A stretch of 64,000 nt of DNA. Source: Thermoanaerobaculia bacterium. GTDB lineage: Bacteria > Acidobacteriota > Thermoanaerobaculia > Gp7-AA8. Positions 18,441 to 26,562 of this stretch are shown here, piece after piece; the stretch's first letter is position 1, and every line of letters begins with the position of its first letter. The notes below the pieces were generated by a model that worked only from the letters and a program-made list of their open reading frames with translations, had not been told where the DNA came from and did not search any database. The position numbers and the translations under genes are program-made. Location: positions 1 through 64,000 of the forward strand of contig JBAZBK010000009.1 in the NCBI GenBank assembly GCA_041671505.1. The letters are read 5' to 3'.

Positions 18441-18655
18441 AACGTGGTGCCCTGATCATTCTGCTTCTCGGTAGCCTGGCGGGACTGACCGGCTGCGCGA
18501 CGGTACAGCCGTGGGAACGCGGCACGCTCAGCTCCGAATCGATGAAGCTCGACGACTGCCGGACGCATCGCTTCGAGCGGAACGTCGAGGTCTATCGCGA
18601 GGGAGCCGTTGGCGGCAACGGCGGCAAGTCGGGCGGGGGCTGCGGATGCAGCTGA
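18437..18655 (+). CDS. DUF4266-type small lipoprotein.
   Basis: The ATG overlaps the apbE stop (ATGA). The product is MKRGALIILLLGSLAGLTGCATVQPWERGTLSSESMKLDDCRTHRFERNVEVYREGAVGGNGGKSGGGCGCS. It has a lipobox and a Gly-rich C-terminal GGGCGC motif typical of DUF4266. Confidence 0.65.
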   Translation: MKRGALIILLLGSLAGLTGCATVQPWERGTLSSESMKLDDCRTHRFERNVEVYREGAVGGNGGKSGGGCGCS

Positions 18656-19839
18656 GAGCTCTGGCTTCGCGGCTGCTTGCAGGCGCTCTCGTCTCCGTCG
18701 GCCCGGCGCTGTTAGGTCAGGCCGAGCCCGAGGGGCGTTTCGATGCCGACATTCTCTTCAGTTACTACAGTCAGGATGGCGACCACTCTCCGGTGACCGG
18801 GGGAATCGGCACCGAGGAGCTCGAAGTCGTCTCTCCCGTAGTCGTCCTCGCCTGGCGCGTCGACGAGAAGATGACCCTGACCGCCGACATCGGCATCGAT
18901 CAGATCTCCTCGGCGTCGATCGGAAACATCCAGATGGAGCTGGGCGGCGCCAGCATTCCGGCGAGTGACACCCGAACCTTCGGCACGTTCAAGGCGAAGA
19001 GGAAGTTCGGCAACCAGACGTTAGGCCTCACGCTGGGCGCCGCGAGCGAGTACGACTACGAGTCGTTCTCGTACGGGCTCGACTGGGCGATCGACCTGAA
19101 TCAGGCGAACACCGGGATCGCAGCGGCCATCCGGCGCTACGACGACGCGATCGACCTCATCGGAATCGACGGTTATGGCTCGCAGGGCCCGGGAGTGCCG
19201 CGCACCGAAGGGAAAGGCGACCGTACGACGACGGATGCGGTATTCACTCTCTCGCAGACGCTCGGACGCCGGACGGCCGGATCTCTCGAGCTGTTCATGA
19301 GCCAGCAGGAAGGCGTCCTCTCGACGCCGTACCATGAAGTGATTCTGATCTCGGACTCGCCGCTCTACCCGGACGGGAAGCACGTGGCCGAGAGGCTTCC
19401 GGACAGCCGGGATCGAAAGGCGCTCGGAGTGAGGCTGAACCACGGCTTCACAGACGGATTCGTGCTGCGCACGGGGTATCGGTATTACGAGGACGACTGG
19501 GGCATCGCCTCGCACACGATCGATCTGGAAACGCACTTCAGGCTGCCGACGGATCGCGAGATGTGGCTCTATCCGATCCTGCGTTACCACACGCAGACCG
19601 GCGCCGACTACTTCGGCCTGCCGCTCACCTTCACCGGTGCCGAGGACTACTACTCGTCCGACTACGACCTCTCGGAATTCTCGTCGGACAAGTACGGCCT
19701 CGGCTGGAATCTATTCACGCTTCCGAACGAGAGCTGGCTCCGGTACGTCGATCGGTTCGAAGTGCGCGGGACCTTCTACGACCGTGACGACGGGCTCTCG
19801 GGATTCACGACCTCGTTCTCGTTCGGATCGACATTCTGA
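18646..19839 (+). CDS. DUF3570-type secreted protein, probably an outer-membrane beta-barrel.
   Basis: ATG 18646 overlaps the upstream gene by 10 nt. The signal peptide is MQLRALASRLLAGALVSVGPALLGQAEP. Alternating hydrophobic beta-strand-like segments occur (DADILFSYYSQDG, VVVLAWRVDEKMTLTADIGIDQISSAS), and the protein ends in an aromatic C-terminal residue, F. The genomic context (apbE, DUF4266, tlpA) matches the conserved cluster. Confidence 0.6.
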   Translation: MQLRALASRLLAGALVSVGPALLGQAEPEGRFDADILFSYYSQDGDHSPVTGGIGTEELEVVSPVVVLAWRVDEKMTLTADIGIDQISSASIGNIQMELGGASIPASDTRTFGTFKAKRKFGNQTLGLTLGAASEYDYESFSYGLDWAIDLNQANTGIAAAIRRYDDAIDLIGIDGYGSQGPGVPRTEGKGDRTTTDAVFTLSQTLGRRTAGSLELFMSQQEGVLSTPYHEVILISDSPLYPDGKHVAERLPDSRDRKALGVRLNHGFTDGFVLRTGYRYYEDDWGIASHTIDLETHFRLPTDREMWLYPILRYHTQTGADYFGLPLTFTGAEDYYSSDYDLSEFSSDKYGLGWNLFTLPNESWLRYVDRFEVRGTFYDRDDGLSGFTTSFSFGSTF

Positions 19840-20294
19840 TGCGACGCGCCATCCTGATTCTCGCTCTTCTGGTCGCGCTGCCGAGCTCCGCCGTGCTGGC
19901 TGCGGAGACGGACCAGCGTGGAGCCGCGCATGAGTGGAAGGGCCCGTCTTCGGGTTACACCGTGATCGATTTCGCCGCTGCCTGGTGTCGCCCCTGCTGG
20001 GACGTGCTTCCACGTCTCGAAGCGTTCGCAGGGAGCCATCCCGCGATTCGCGTGCTGGTCGTGAGCGTCGACGACACGGTCAAGGGCCGTGACGCGCTCG
20101 TGGAGAAGCTGAAGCTCACCATCCCCGTCGTCTGGGACGAGAAGCATCGCATCGCCGAGCACTATCGCCCCGTGGGCATGCCCTCGACCTTCGTGCTCGA
20201 CCCCGCGGGAACGATCGTCTACTCGCACGTGGGCTCGGGGATGAAGGAGTGGAACGCGATGTTGGCGTTCCTCGAGAACGCGACGAAGCGTTGA
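19839..20294 (+). CDS. TlpA-family periplasmic thiol:disulfide oxidoreductase (thioredoxin fold).
   Basis: The ATG overlaps the upstream stop (TGATG). The signal peptide is MRRAILILALLVALPSSAVLA. The active-site WCRPC motif is present, and the product is 151 aa. Confidence 0.8.
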   Translation: MRRAILILALLVALPSSAVLAAETDQRGAAHEWKGPSSGYTVIDFAAAWCRPCWDVLPRLEAFAGSHPAIRVLVVSVDDTVKGRDALVEKLKLTIPVVWDEKHRIAEHYRPVGMPSTFVLDPAGTIVYSHVGSGMKEWNAMLAFLENATKR

Positions 20295-20435
20295 TCGCGC
20301 CTGCGCGAGTTTCGCCGCGAGCCGCGAGCGCGACGCCGTTTTCTTCTACGGCTCACTTCGGCTCGCTTCGACAATTCGAGAACTGTTAGGCGCGGATTCA
20401 TCGCGCATGCCGCGAGAGTTGACCTCGTTCGTTCG

Positions 20436-21335
20436 TCACTCCGCCCACGGCTCGCCCGGCGGGAAGCCGAAGTTCATGCGGATCGTGGCGTACTCCGCGT
20501 CGATCATGCCGCTCGCGGTGCGGATCGTGAGCGGCGGCTCGACGACAGGACGCCATGAGCCTCCGGCACCGAACGCTCCCGGAAGGTCGGCGATCCTCGC
20601 TGCTGCGAAGAGCGAGAGCATCGGCGGCTCGCCTTCCTTGAAGATGACGTCGCGCCGGCGCAGGGCCACGAGCGCGCTGGAGCGGAGCGCCTCCTCCGCC
20701 CGTTCGCGCTGCGCGAAGGGAAAGACGAAGGCGAAGATGCCGCCCGGGGCGAGGATGCGCGCGGCCGTCGCCGCGTAGTCGGCAACGGTCCCTCGCATCT
20801 CGACGCGCGCGGGAACCGCCTGCGGATGCGCCGCCTTCGAGGCGGTGCCTTCCGGAAAATAGGGAGGCGACCCCGTGACCAGATCGAACGGAGGTTCGCC
20901 CTCGAAGAGCGCGGGATCGCGCAAGTCACCCTCGAGAAGGCGGTATCGCTCCGCGAGTCCGTTGTACTCGACGCTCTTTCTCGCGAGGCCAATCGAAACC
21001 GGCTGCGCCTCGACCGTCACCATCCTCGCGCCGGGCAGCCGCCACGCGACGATCATCGCGACCGAGCCGATGCCCGAGCCGAGATCGGCGGCGCGATCGA
21101 CTCGGGGCGCCCACTGCGTCCCGTACCACGCGGTCAGCACGTCGTCAGTCGAGAAGCGGTGACCGCGTGCGAGCTGGAAGATGCGGAAATGCCCGGCGAT
21201 ATAGTCGAGCGTCTCACCCTCGAGCGGCTCGATTCCACCGGGAGGCAGCGGGCCGGGACGGGCCCAGCCGCGGAATCGATGGCCGTCAGTTGCATCGGAT
21301 TGAACGGGAGGAGTCACGGGCGAAGTATGCAGCAT
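20436..21335 (-). CDS. Class I SAM-dependent methyltransferase (N6-adenine/TrmN6-like small-domain type).
   Basis: ATG at 21335 (MLHTSPV...). Motif I is DLGSGIGSVAM and motif IV is VTGSPPY (the D/N-PPY class). The longer track ORF starting at 21407 has an improbable N-terminal extension. Confidence 0.75.
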   Translation of the reverse strand: MLHTSPVTPPVQSDATDGHRFRGWARPGPLPPGGIEPLEGETLDYIAGHFRIFQLARGHRFSTDDVLTAWYGTQWAPRVDRAADLGSGIGSVAMIVAWRLPGARMVTVEAQPVSIGLARKSVEYNGLAERYRLLEGDLRDPALFEGEPPFDLVTGSPPYFPEGTASKAAHPQAVPARVEMRGTVADYAATAARILAPGGIFAFVFPFAQRERAEEALRSSALVALRRRDVIFKEGEPPMLSLFAAARIADLPGAFGAGGSWRPVVEPPLTIRTASGMIDAEYATIRMNFGFPPGEPWAE

Positions 21336-21827
21336 TCTCGACGACCGGACGCTCACGCGTCCGGCTACACATCTCTCGCATCGCTGTCGCGACGCTTGAG
21401 GCCTCACGGCCTCCGTGCGGCGTGTCCTGAGTCAAATTCAAATCGACACCGCACAGGATCCGCTCTAACTTTCACGAATCAGGCCACTTCCGAACTAGAG
21501 ATCCGAATTGAACCGGACAGCAGCGATCCGTACGTTGGGCGGGCGGAGCTCTCTGAGCGCCCGCTCGCTCCGCGAGAGTCGCAACGCTCGCCGCGGCGCC
21601 ACAAAGGGCTATCGGACATCACGCGAGTGATCGCCGCCACGTTTCCTCCTCGCCCCAGGCGATATGCTCTCCCTGCGGTCGTCCGCGCGCCCCGGAATGG
21701 TTCCGGCACGAGCAGTCCGGCGTCAGGGAGGACCTTTACAGCACGGACTCGACACGGCCGGACGCCGCGCGGAGAGGGGCGGGACGATGGTTCCCCCTGG
21801 CCGCGACGCCGGCAGCGGAAGAAAAGC

Positions 21828-23012
21828 ATGAACGTACTCGTCCTCAACTGCGGATCCTCCTCTCTCAAGTTTGCGGTCATTGATCCCGATGTCCCGACCG
21901 AGCACGTGTCGGGCATCGCACAGCGGCTCGGCTCCCCCGAGGCCTCGCTCGACGTCAAGCGGAACGGCGCGAAGAGCTCGCGCCCGATTCCGGGAGCGCT
22001 TCACGACGAGGCGCTCCACGCCGTCGTCGACGTTCTTCGTGACCTCGGCCTCGCGGACGGACTCCTCGCGGTCGGCCACCGTGTCGTCCATGGCGGCGCG
22101 AAGTTCGCCGGCTCGATGGCGATCACTCCCGAGGTCATCGCGATGGTCGAGGAGTGCATCCCGCTCGGGCCGCTCCACAATCCGCCTAACCTCGTCGGCA
22201 TCCGCATCGCGCAGAAGCTCTTTCCGGAGCTCCTGCAGGTCGGCGTGTTCGACACGGCGTTCCATCAGACGATGCCGCCCGTCGCCTACACCTACCCGGT
22301 GCCGACCGAGTGGCTCGAGAAGCACGGCGTCCGGCGCTACGGATTCCACGGCACGAGCCACCGCTTCGTCGCGCGCGACGCGCTCCGCCTTACCGGGCTG
22401 CCGGCCGACGACCATGCGATCGTTACCGCGCATCTCGGGAACGGCTGCTCCGCCGCCGCGGTTCGCAATGGCAGGAGCGTCGACACGACCATGGGGCTGA
22501 CGCCGCTCGAGGGACTGATGATGGGAACGCGAAGCGGCTCGATCGATCCGGCGATCATCGGCCACGTTGCCGATGCGACGGGGAAGAGCGCGAAGGAGAT
22601 CCTCGACGTCCTCAACAAGAAGTCGGGCCTTCTTGGAGTCTCGGGCATCTCGAACGACATGAGAACCGTCGAGGAAGCCGCCGCGAACGGCAACGAGAGG
22701 GCGGGCCTCGCGCTCGAGCTCTTCTGCTACGTGCTGGCGAAGTCGATCGCTTCGCTCGTCGTCCCGCTCGGCCGGCTCGACGCGCTCGTCTTCACGGGCG
22801 GAATCGGCGAGAACTCGACGACGGTCCGGGCGAAGACGATCGAGAGGCTCGGATTCCTCGGCCTTACGCTCGACCCCGCGGCGAACGCCACGCACGGACG
22901 CGGGCAGAATGGACGCATCACAACGACCACGCGACCTCAGGCTCTCGTCGTTCCGACGAACGAGGAGCTGATGATCGCCGAGGATGCCGAGCGGATCGCG
23001 CGCGGCGTCTGA
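21828..23012 (+). CDS. ackA: Acetate kinase.
   Basis: ATG 21828 carries a GGAAG Shine-Dalgarno sequence. Full-length hallmarks are present: MNVLVLNCGSSSLKF, GHRVVHGG, HLGNGCS and VFTGGIGENS. Confidence 0.9.
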   Translation: MNVLVLNCGSSSLKFAVIDPDVPTEHVSGIAQRLGSPEASLDVKRNGAKSSRPIPGALHDEALHAVVDVLRDLGLADGLLAVGHRVVHGGAKFAGSMAITPEVIAMVEECIPLGPLHNPPNLVGIRIAQKLFPELLQVGVFDTAFHQTMPPVAYTYPVPTEWLEKHGVRRYGFHGTSHRFVARDALRLTGLPADDHAIVTAHLGNGCSAAAVRNGRSVDTTMGLTPLEGLMMGTRSGSIDPAIIGHVADATGKSAKEILDVLNKKSGLLGVSGISNDMRTVEEAAANGNERAGLALELFCYVLAKSIASLVVPLGRLDALVFTGGIGENSTTVRAKTIERLGFLGLTLDPAANATHGRGQNGRITTTTRPQALVVPTNEELMIAEDAERIARGV

Positions 23013-23035
23013 GCTGGAAGGAAAGGAACACCATC

Positions 23036-25213
23036 ATGCGCACTACCGTCATCGTCGCTCCTGCCGGGCGTGGCGTCGGCATCACCACCGCCTGCCTCGG
23101 CATCGTCCGCGCGCTCGACCGCGAAGGCATCCGCGTCGGCTTTGCAAAGCCGGTCGCAAATCGCGAGCCCGACCACACCATCCCTTTGCTCTCGTTAGGC
23201 GCGCACTTCGCCATTCCGCCCGCGGTACCGCGTGGCGAGGCCGAAGCGCTGCTCGCCGCGGGTGACGACCAGACGCTGATGGAGCGCGTCGTCGCCATCG
23301 CCGACAAGGCGGGCGAGGACGTCGACGTGCTGATCATCCAGGGGATGCACCCCGAGATGGGCATGGTGCACTCCTCGCGCGTGAACGCGCTGATGCTCAA
23401 GGCTCTCGATGCCGATCTCGTGCTCGTCGCCGCGCCGGCCGCCGATCAGACGCCGGCAGAGGTCGCCGAGACGATCGCGATCGCGGCGCGCGGCTACGGC
23501 GCGCTCTCGGACGGGCGCGTGGTGGGCGCCATCCTGAACCGGGTGTGCGAGAAGAAGGGAGACGCGAGCGAGCTCGACGGCGACTCCTTCGGCCCCGGCT
23601 CCGCCGGCTGCTCGGGTTGCGCGGTCCCCGGACTCTCCGCGGAGCGAAAGAAGGAGTTCACGGATGCACTCGACGCCGAGGGACTCCGCGCCATCGCGAT
23701 CGTTCCGTGCAACTCCGATCTCATGGCGATGCGCGTCAAGGACATCGGCGACGCGCTCAATGCGCAGGTTCTCTACCCGGGCGAAGCGCGGACCCGACGC
23801 GTCAAGGATGTGGCCGTATGCGCGATGACCGTCGCGAATGCGCTCCGCGGGTTGAAGCCCGGAACGCTCGTGATCACTCCGGGCGACCGCGCCGACATCC
23901 TCCTGGCGGCCGCGCTCACGGTTCAAAGTGGAACGCCTCTCGCGGGTGTCCTTCTGACGGGAGGGCTCGCTCCCGACCGTCGCATCCTCGACCTCTGCCG
24001 GAAAGTCTTCGACGCAGGGCTCCCGCTCCTCCAGGTGCAGGCCTCGAGCTACCGGGCGGCGACGCAGGTCGCCTCGATGAACTCGACCATCCCGGTCGAC
24101 GACGCCGACCGGGTTGAGCGGACGATGAGCTTCGTCGCCGACCACGTCGATCTCGTCTGGGCGCGAGCCTTCGAGAAGCCGGCGCGCGCACCGCGCCTTT
24201 CGCCGCCGGCGTTCCGGCACCGTCTCGTGGAGACGGCGCGCGCGGACCAGAAGCGCATCGTCCTCCCCGAGGGGGCCGAGCCGCGGACCGTGGTGGCGGC
24301 GTCAATCGTGGCCGCGCGGCGTATCGCGCATTGCGTTCTTCTCGGGAACCCCGAGGAGATTCACGACGTGGCCGGGCGGCAGGGAATCATCCTGCCGCCA
24401 TCGGTGGAGATCATCAACCCGACCGAAGTCGCCCACCGTTACATCGCGCCGCTCGTCGAGCGCCGTGCGTCCAAGGGGATGACCGTCGAGCGCGCGGAGG
24501 TCGAGCTGCAGGACAACATCATGATCGGCACGATGATGATGGTGTTAGGCGAAGCCGACGGCCTCGTGTCGGGTGCGATCCACACGACGGCTCACACGAT
24601 CCGGCCCGCGCTGCAGATCATCAAGACCGTTCCGGGATGCAGCCTCGTCTCGAGCATCTTCTTCATGTGTCTGCCCGACCAGGTGCTCGTCTTCGGCGAC
24701 TGCGCCGTCAACCCTAACCCGACCGCCTCGGAGCTCGCCGACATCGCGATCCAGAGCGCCGACTCCGCGATCGCGTTCGGCGTCCCGCCGCGCATTGCGA
24801 TGCTCTCGTACTCGACCGGCGCAAGCGGAACGGGAGAGGACGTCGACAAGGTCGTCGAGGCGACGCGCATCGCGCGCTCGCTTCGTCCCGAGCTCCTCAT
24901 CGACGGGCCGCTCCAGTACGACGCGGCGATCATGCCCGACGTCGCGCGCCTCAAGGCGCCGAAGTCGGAGGTCGCAGGGAAGGCGACGGTCTTCATCTTC
25001 CCCGACCTCAACAGCGGAAACGTCACCTACAAGGCGGTGCAGCGCTCGGCGAATGTCGTAAGCATCGGCCCGATGCTGCAGGGTCTCGCCAAGCCGGTGA
25101 ACGATCTCTCGCGCGGCTGCCTCGTCGAGGACATCGTCTTCACGATCAACCTCACGGCGATTCAGGCGCAGCAGGTCGCGAGGCTGAAGGCGAATGCGAT
25201 GGTGATGGTCTGA
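23036..25213 (+). CDS. pta: Phosphate acetyltransferase (long form with an N-terminal AAA/DRTGG domain).
   Basis: ATG 23036 lies 24 nt after the ackA stop, and the product is 725 aa. The C-terminal PTA_PTB catalytic domain contains SGAIHTTAHTIRPALQIIKT, DCAVNPNP and GPMLQGLAKPVNDLSRGC. The longer track ORF 22310..25213 is a frame artefact. Confidence 0.9.
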   Translation: MRTTVIVAPAGRGVGITTACLGIVRALDREGIRVGFAKPVANREPDHTIPLLSLGAHFAIPPAVPRGEAEALLAAGDDQTLMERVVAIADKAGEDVDVLIIQGMHPEMGMVHSSRVNALMLKALDADLVLVAAPAADQTPAEVAETIAIAARGYGALSDGRVVGAILNRVCEKKGDASELDGDSFGPGSAGCSGCAVPGLSAERKKEFTDALDAEGLRAIAIVPCNSDLMAMRVKDIGDALNAQVLYPGEARTRRVKDVAVCAMTVANALRGLKPGTLVITPGDRADILLAAALTVQSGTPLAGVLLTGGLAPDRRILDLCRKVFDAGLPLLQVQASSYRAATQVASMNSTIPVDDADRVERTMSFVADHVDLVWARAFEKPARAPRLSPPAFRHRLVETARADQKRIVLPEGAEPRTVVAASIVAARRIAHCVLLGNPEEIHDVAGRQGIILPPSVEIINPTEVAHRYIAPLVERRASKGMTVERAEVELQDNIMIGTMMMVLGEADGLVSGAIHTTAHTIRPALQIIKTVPGCSLVSSIFFMCLPDQVLVFGDCAVNPNPTASELADIAIQSADSAIAFGVPPRIAMLSYSTGASGTGEDVDKVVEATRIARSLRPELLIDGPLQYDAAIMPDVARLKAPKSEVAGKATVFIFPDLNSGNVTYKAVQRSANVVSIGPMLQGLAKPVNDLSRGCLVEDIVFTINLTAIQAQQVARLKANAMVMV

Positions 25214-25464
25214 CCGGGGAGTGAGGCTCCCTGAAAGGCGGAACGGTTCGGAGCGGGGTGACGCGCGCCGGTACCGCTGGGGTCAGGTCTCGAGAGAGTG
25301 GCACGGCGGTACGGATCGAGGCCCGACCATCGGGGTGACCCGGTCAGGTCCACACGCCTAACGACGAGTGACCGGCTCGTGGTAGAGTTGCCCTTTCCGA
25401 CAATTGACCGCGGGCCCGAAATGCCCGATGGCAGGAAGCGGCCGGTTCGCACGGAGGCGCACGA

Positions 25465-25860
25465 ATGATCATCCCGCCGGGATTCAATACGGTGGCTCCC
25501 TACTTCTTCGTTCGTGATGCTGAGCGATTCGTCGCCTTCCTCGTCGACGGGCTTGGCGGCATCGAGACCGTGAGGTCGTTGCGTCCCGACGGGCGGATCG
25601 CGAACGTTCAGGTGAGGTTAGGGACGTCGACCGTGATGGTCAGCGAGGCGTCCGAGCAGTTCCCGGCGATGGCAGCGGCGCACTACCTCTACGTGGAAGA
25701 CGCGGACGCGGCGATGAAGCGCTGCCTCGAGCATGGTGCGACGCTCGAAATGCCCGTCGGCGACATGCCGTACGACGAGCGGCAGGGAGGTGTCCGCGAT
25801 CCGGGAGGGAACATCTGGTGGATCTCGCAACGCCTCGTCGAGGGCCCGTACCTGCCCTGA
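25465..25860 (+). CDS. VOC (glyoxalase/bleomycin-resistance) family protein, PhnB-like.
   Basis: ATG 25465 carries a GGAGG Shine-Dalgarno sequence. The product is 131 aa. Its pattern (FFVRDAERFVAFLVDGLGG...ANVQVRLGTSTVMVSE...HYLYVEDADAAMKRCLEHGATLEMPVGDMPY...GNIWWI) is typical of the PhnB-like VOC fold. Confidence 0.7.
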   Translation: MIIPPGFNTVAPYFFVRDAERFVAFLVDGLGGIETVRSLRPDGRIANVQVRLGTSTVMVSEASEQFPAMAAAHYLYVEDADAAMKRCLEHGATLEMPVGDMPYDERQGGVRDPGGNIWWISQRLVEGPYLP

Positions 25861-25985
25861 CGCGGCACAGCCCCGCCGCTTCACGCCGCCTCGTATCTCG
25901 ATACTATCCAGTCGTCCTGGTCTATGGGAAAGCAAGCAATCGAGCTGCCTGTCGTGCGACGCAGCGGCCGGTGGACCGGGAAGAT

Positions 25986-26219
25986 CTATGGCTTGGGCGC
26001 GGGTGGTGGCAGGTCACGGGCGGGGCAGACCGAATCGAAGCCGGTCTTGTTGTGCGTCCCATCGCAGAACGGTTTGTTCGCGGACTGACCGCAGCGGCAG
26101 AGCGAGACGACAGTCCTCCCGCCGAGACCGAACGGTGTGCCGTCCTGATCCACGATCGTGATGTCGCCCTCGAGGCGGAGCGGTCCGTTGTTCTTCACGA
26201 TGACTTTGAACTCTGACAT
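25986..26219 (-). CDS. CDGSH-type iron-sulfur domain protein.
   Basis: ATG 26219 carries an AAGGAG Shine-Dalgarno sequence 6 nt upstream. The product is 77 aa. The cluster-binding motif is C-R-C-G-Q-S-A-N-K-P-F-C-D-G-T-H. Confidence 0.75.
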   Translation of the reverse strand: MSEFKVIVKNNGPLRLEGDITIVDQDGTPFGLGGRTVVSLCRCGQSANKPFCDGTHNKTGFDSVCPARDLPPPAPKP

Positions 26220-26562
26220 TCGGTCTCCTTCGTACGGCTGAGGCAACGCGATCCCGACTCGCGCGGAATGCGGCCATCTTCTCACACGGACGCGGCTCCG
26301 CTCCGCGGCGAGGAGCGCAGGGTCAGCGGGACGGAGTCAGAGCCTCACTGTTCGCCACTTCCTCCTGACTGAAGATGGGTCGGAATCTACCAGCCGTAGA
26401 GTTCAGCGCGGGGAGGGCCTCCTTCGTCCCACCGTGAGGGAGGGCCAGCGATCGGTCCGGAGAAAACCGAAGCGCTGACCCCGGATTTCATCGAACGCGA
26501 GTGTCCCAGAGTACAGAAGAGTGAAGCTCACGAGCGAAGCTCCGACCACACCTCCCGAGGCG

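Noticed and set aside
22310-23035. The 5' extension of track ORF 22310..25213 that would overlap ackA.
   Set aside because: It overlaps the confidently called ackA in another frame and its product is Arg-rich. The canonical Pta start, MRTTVIVAP, at 23036 has proper spacing after the ackA stop.
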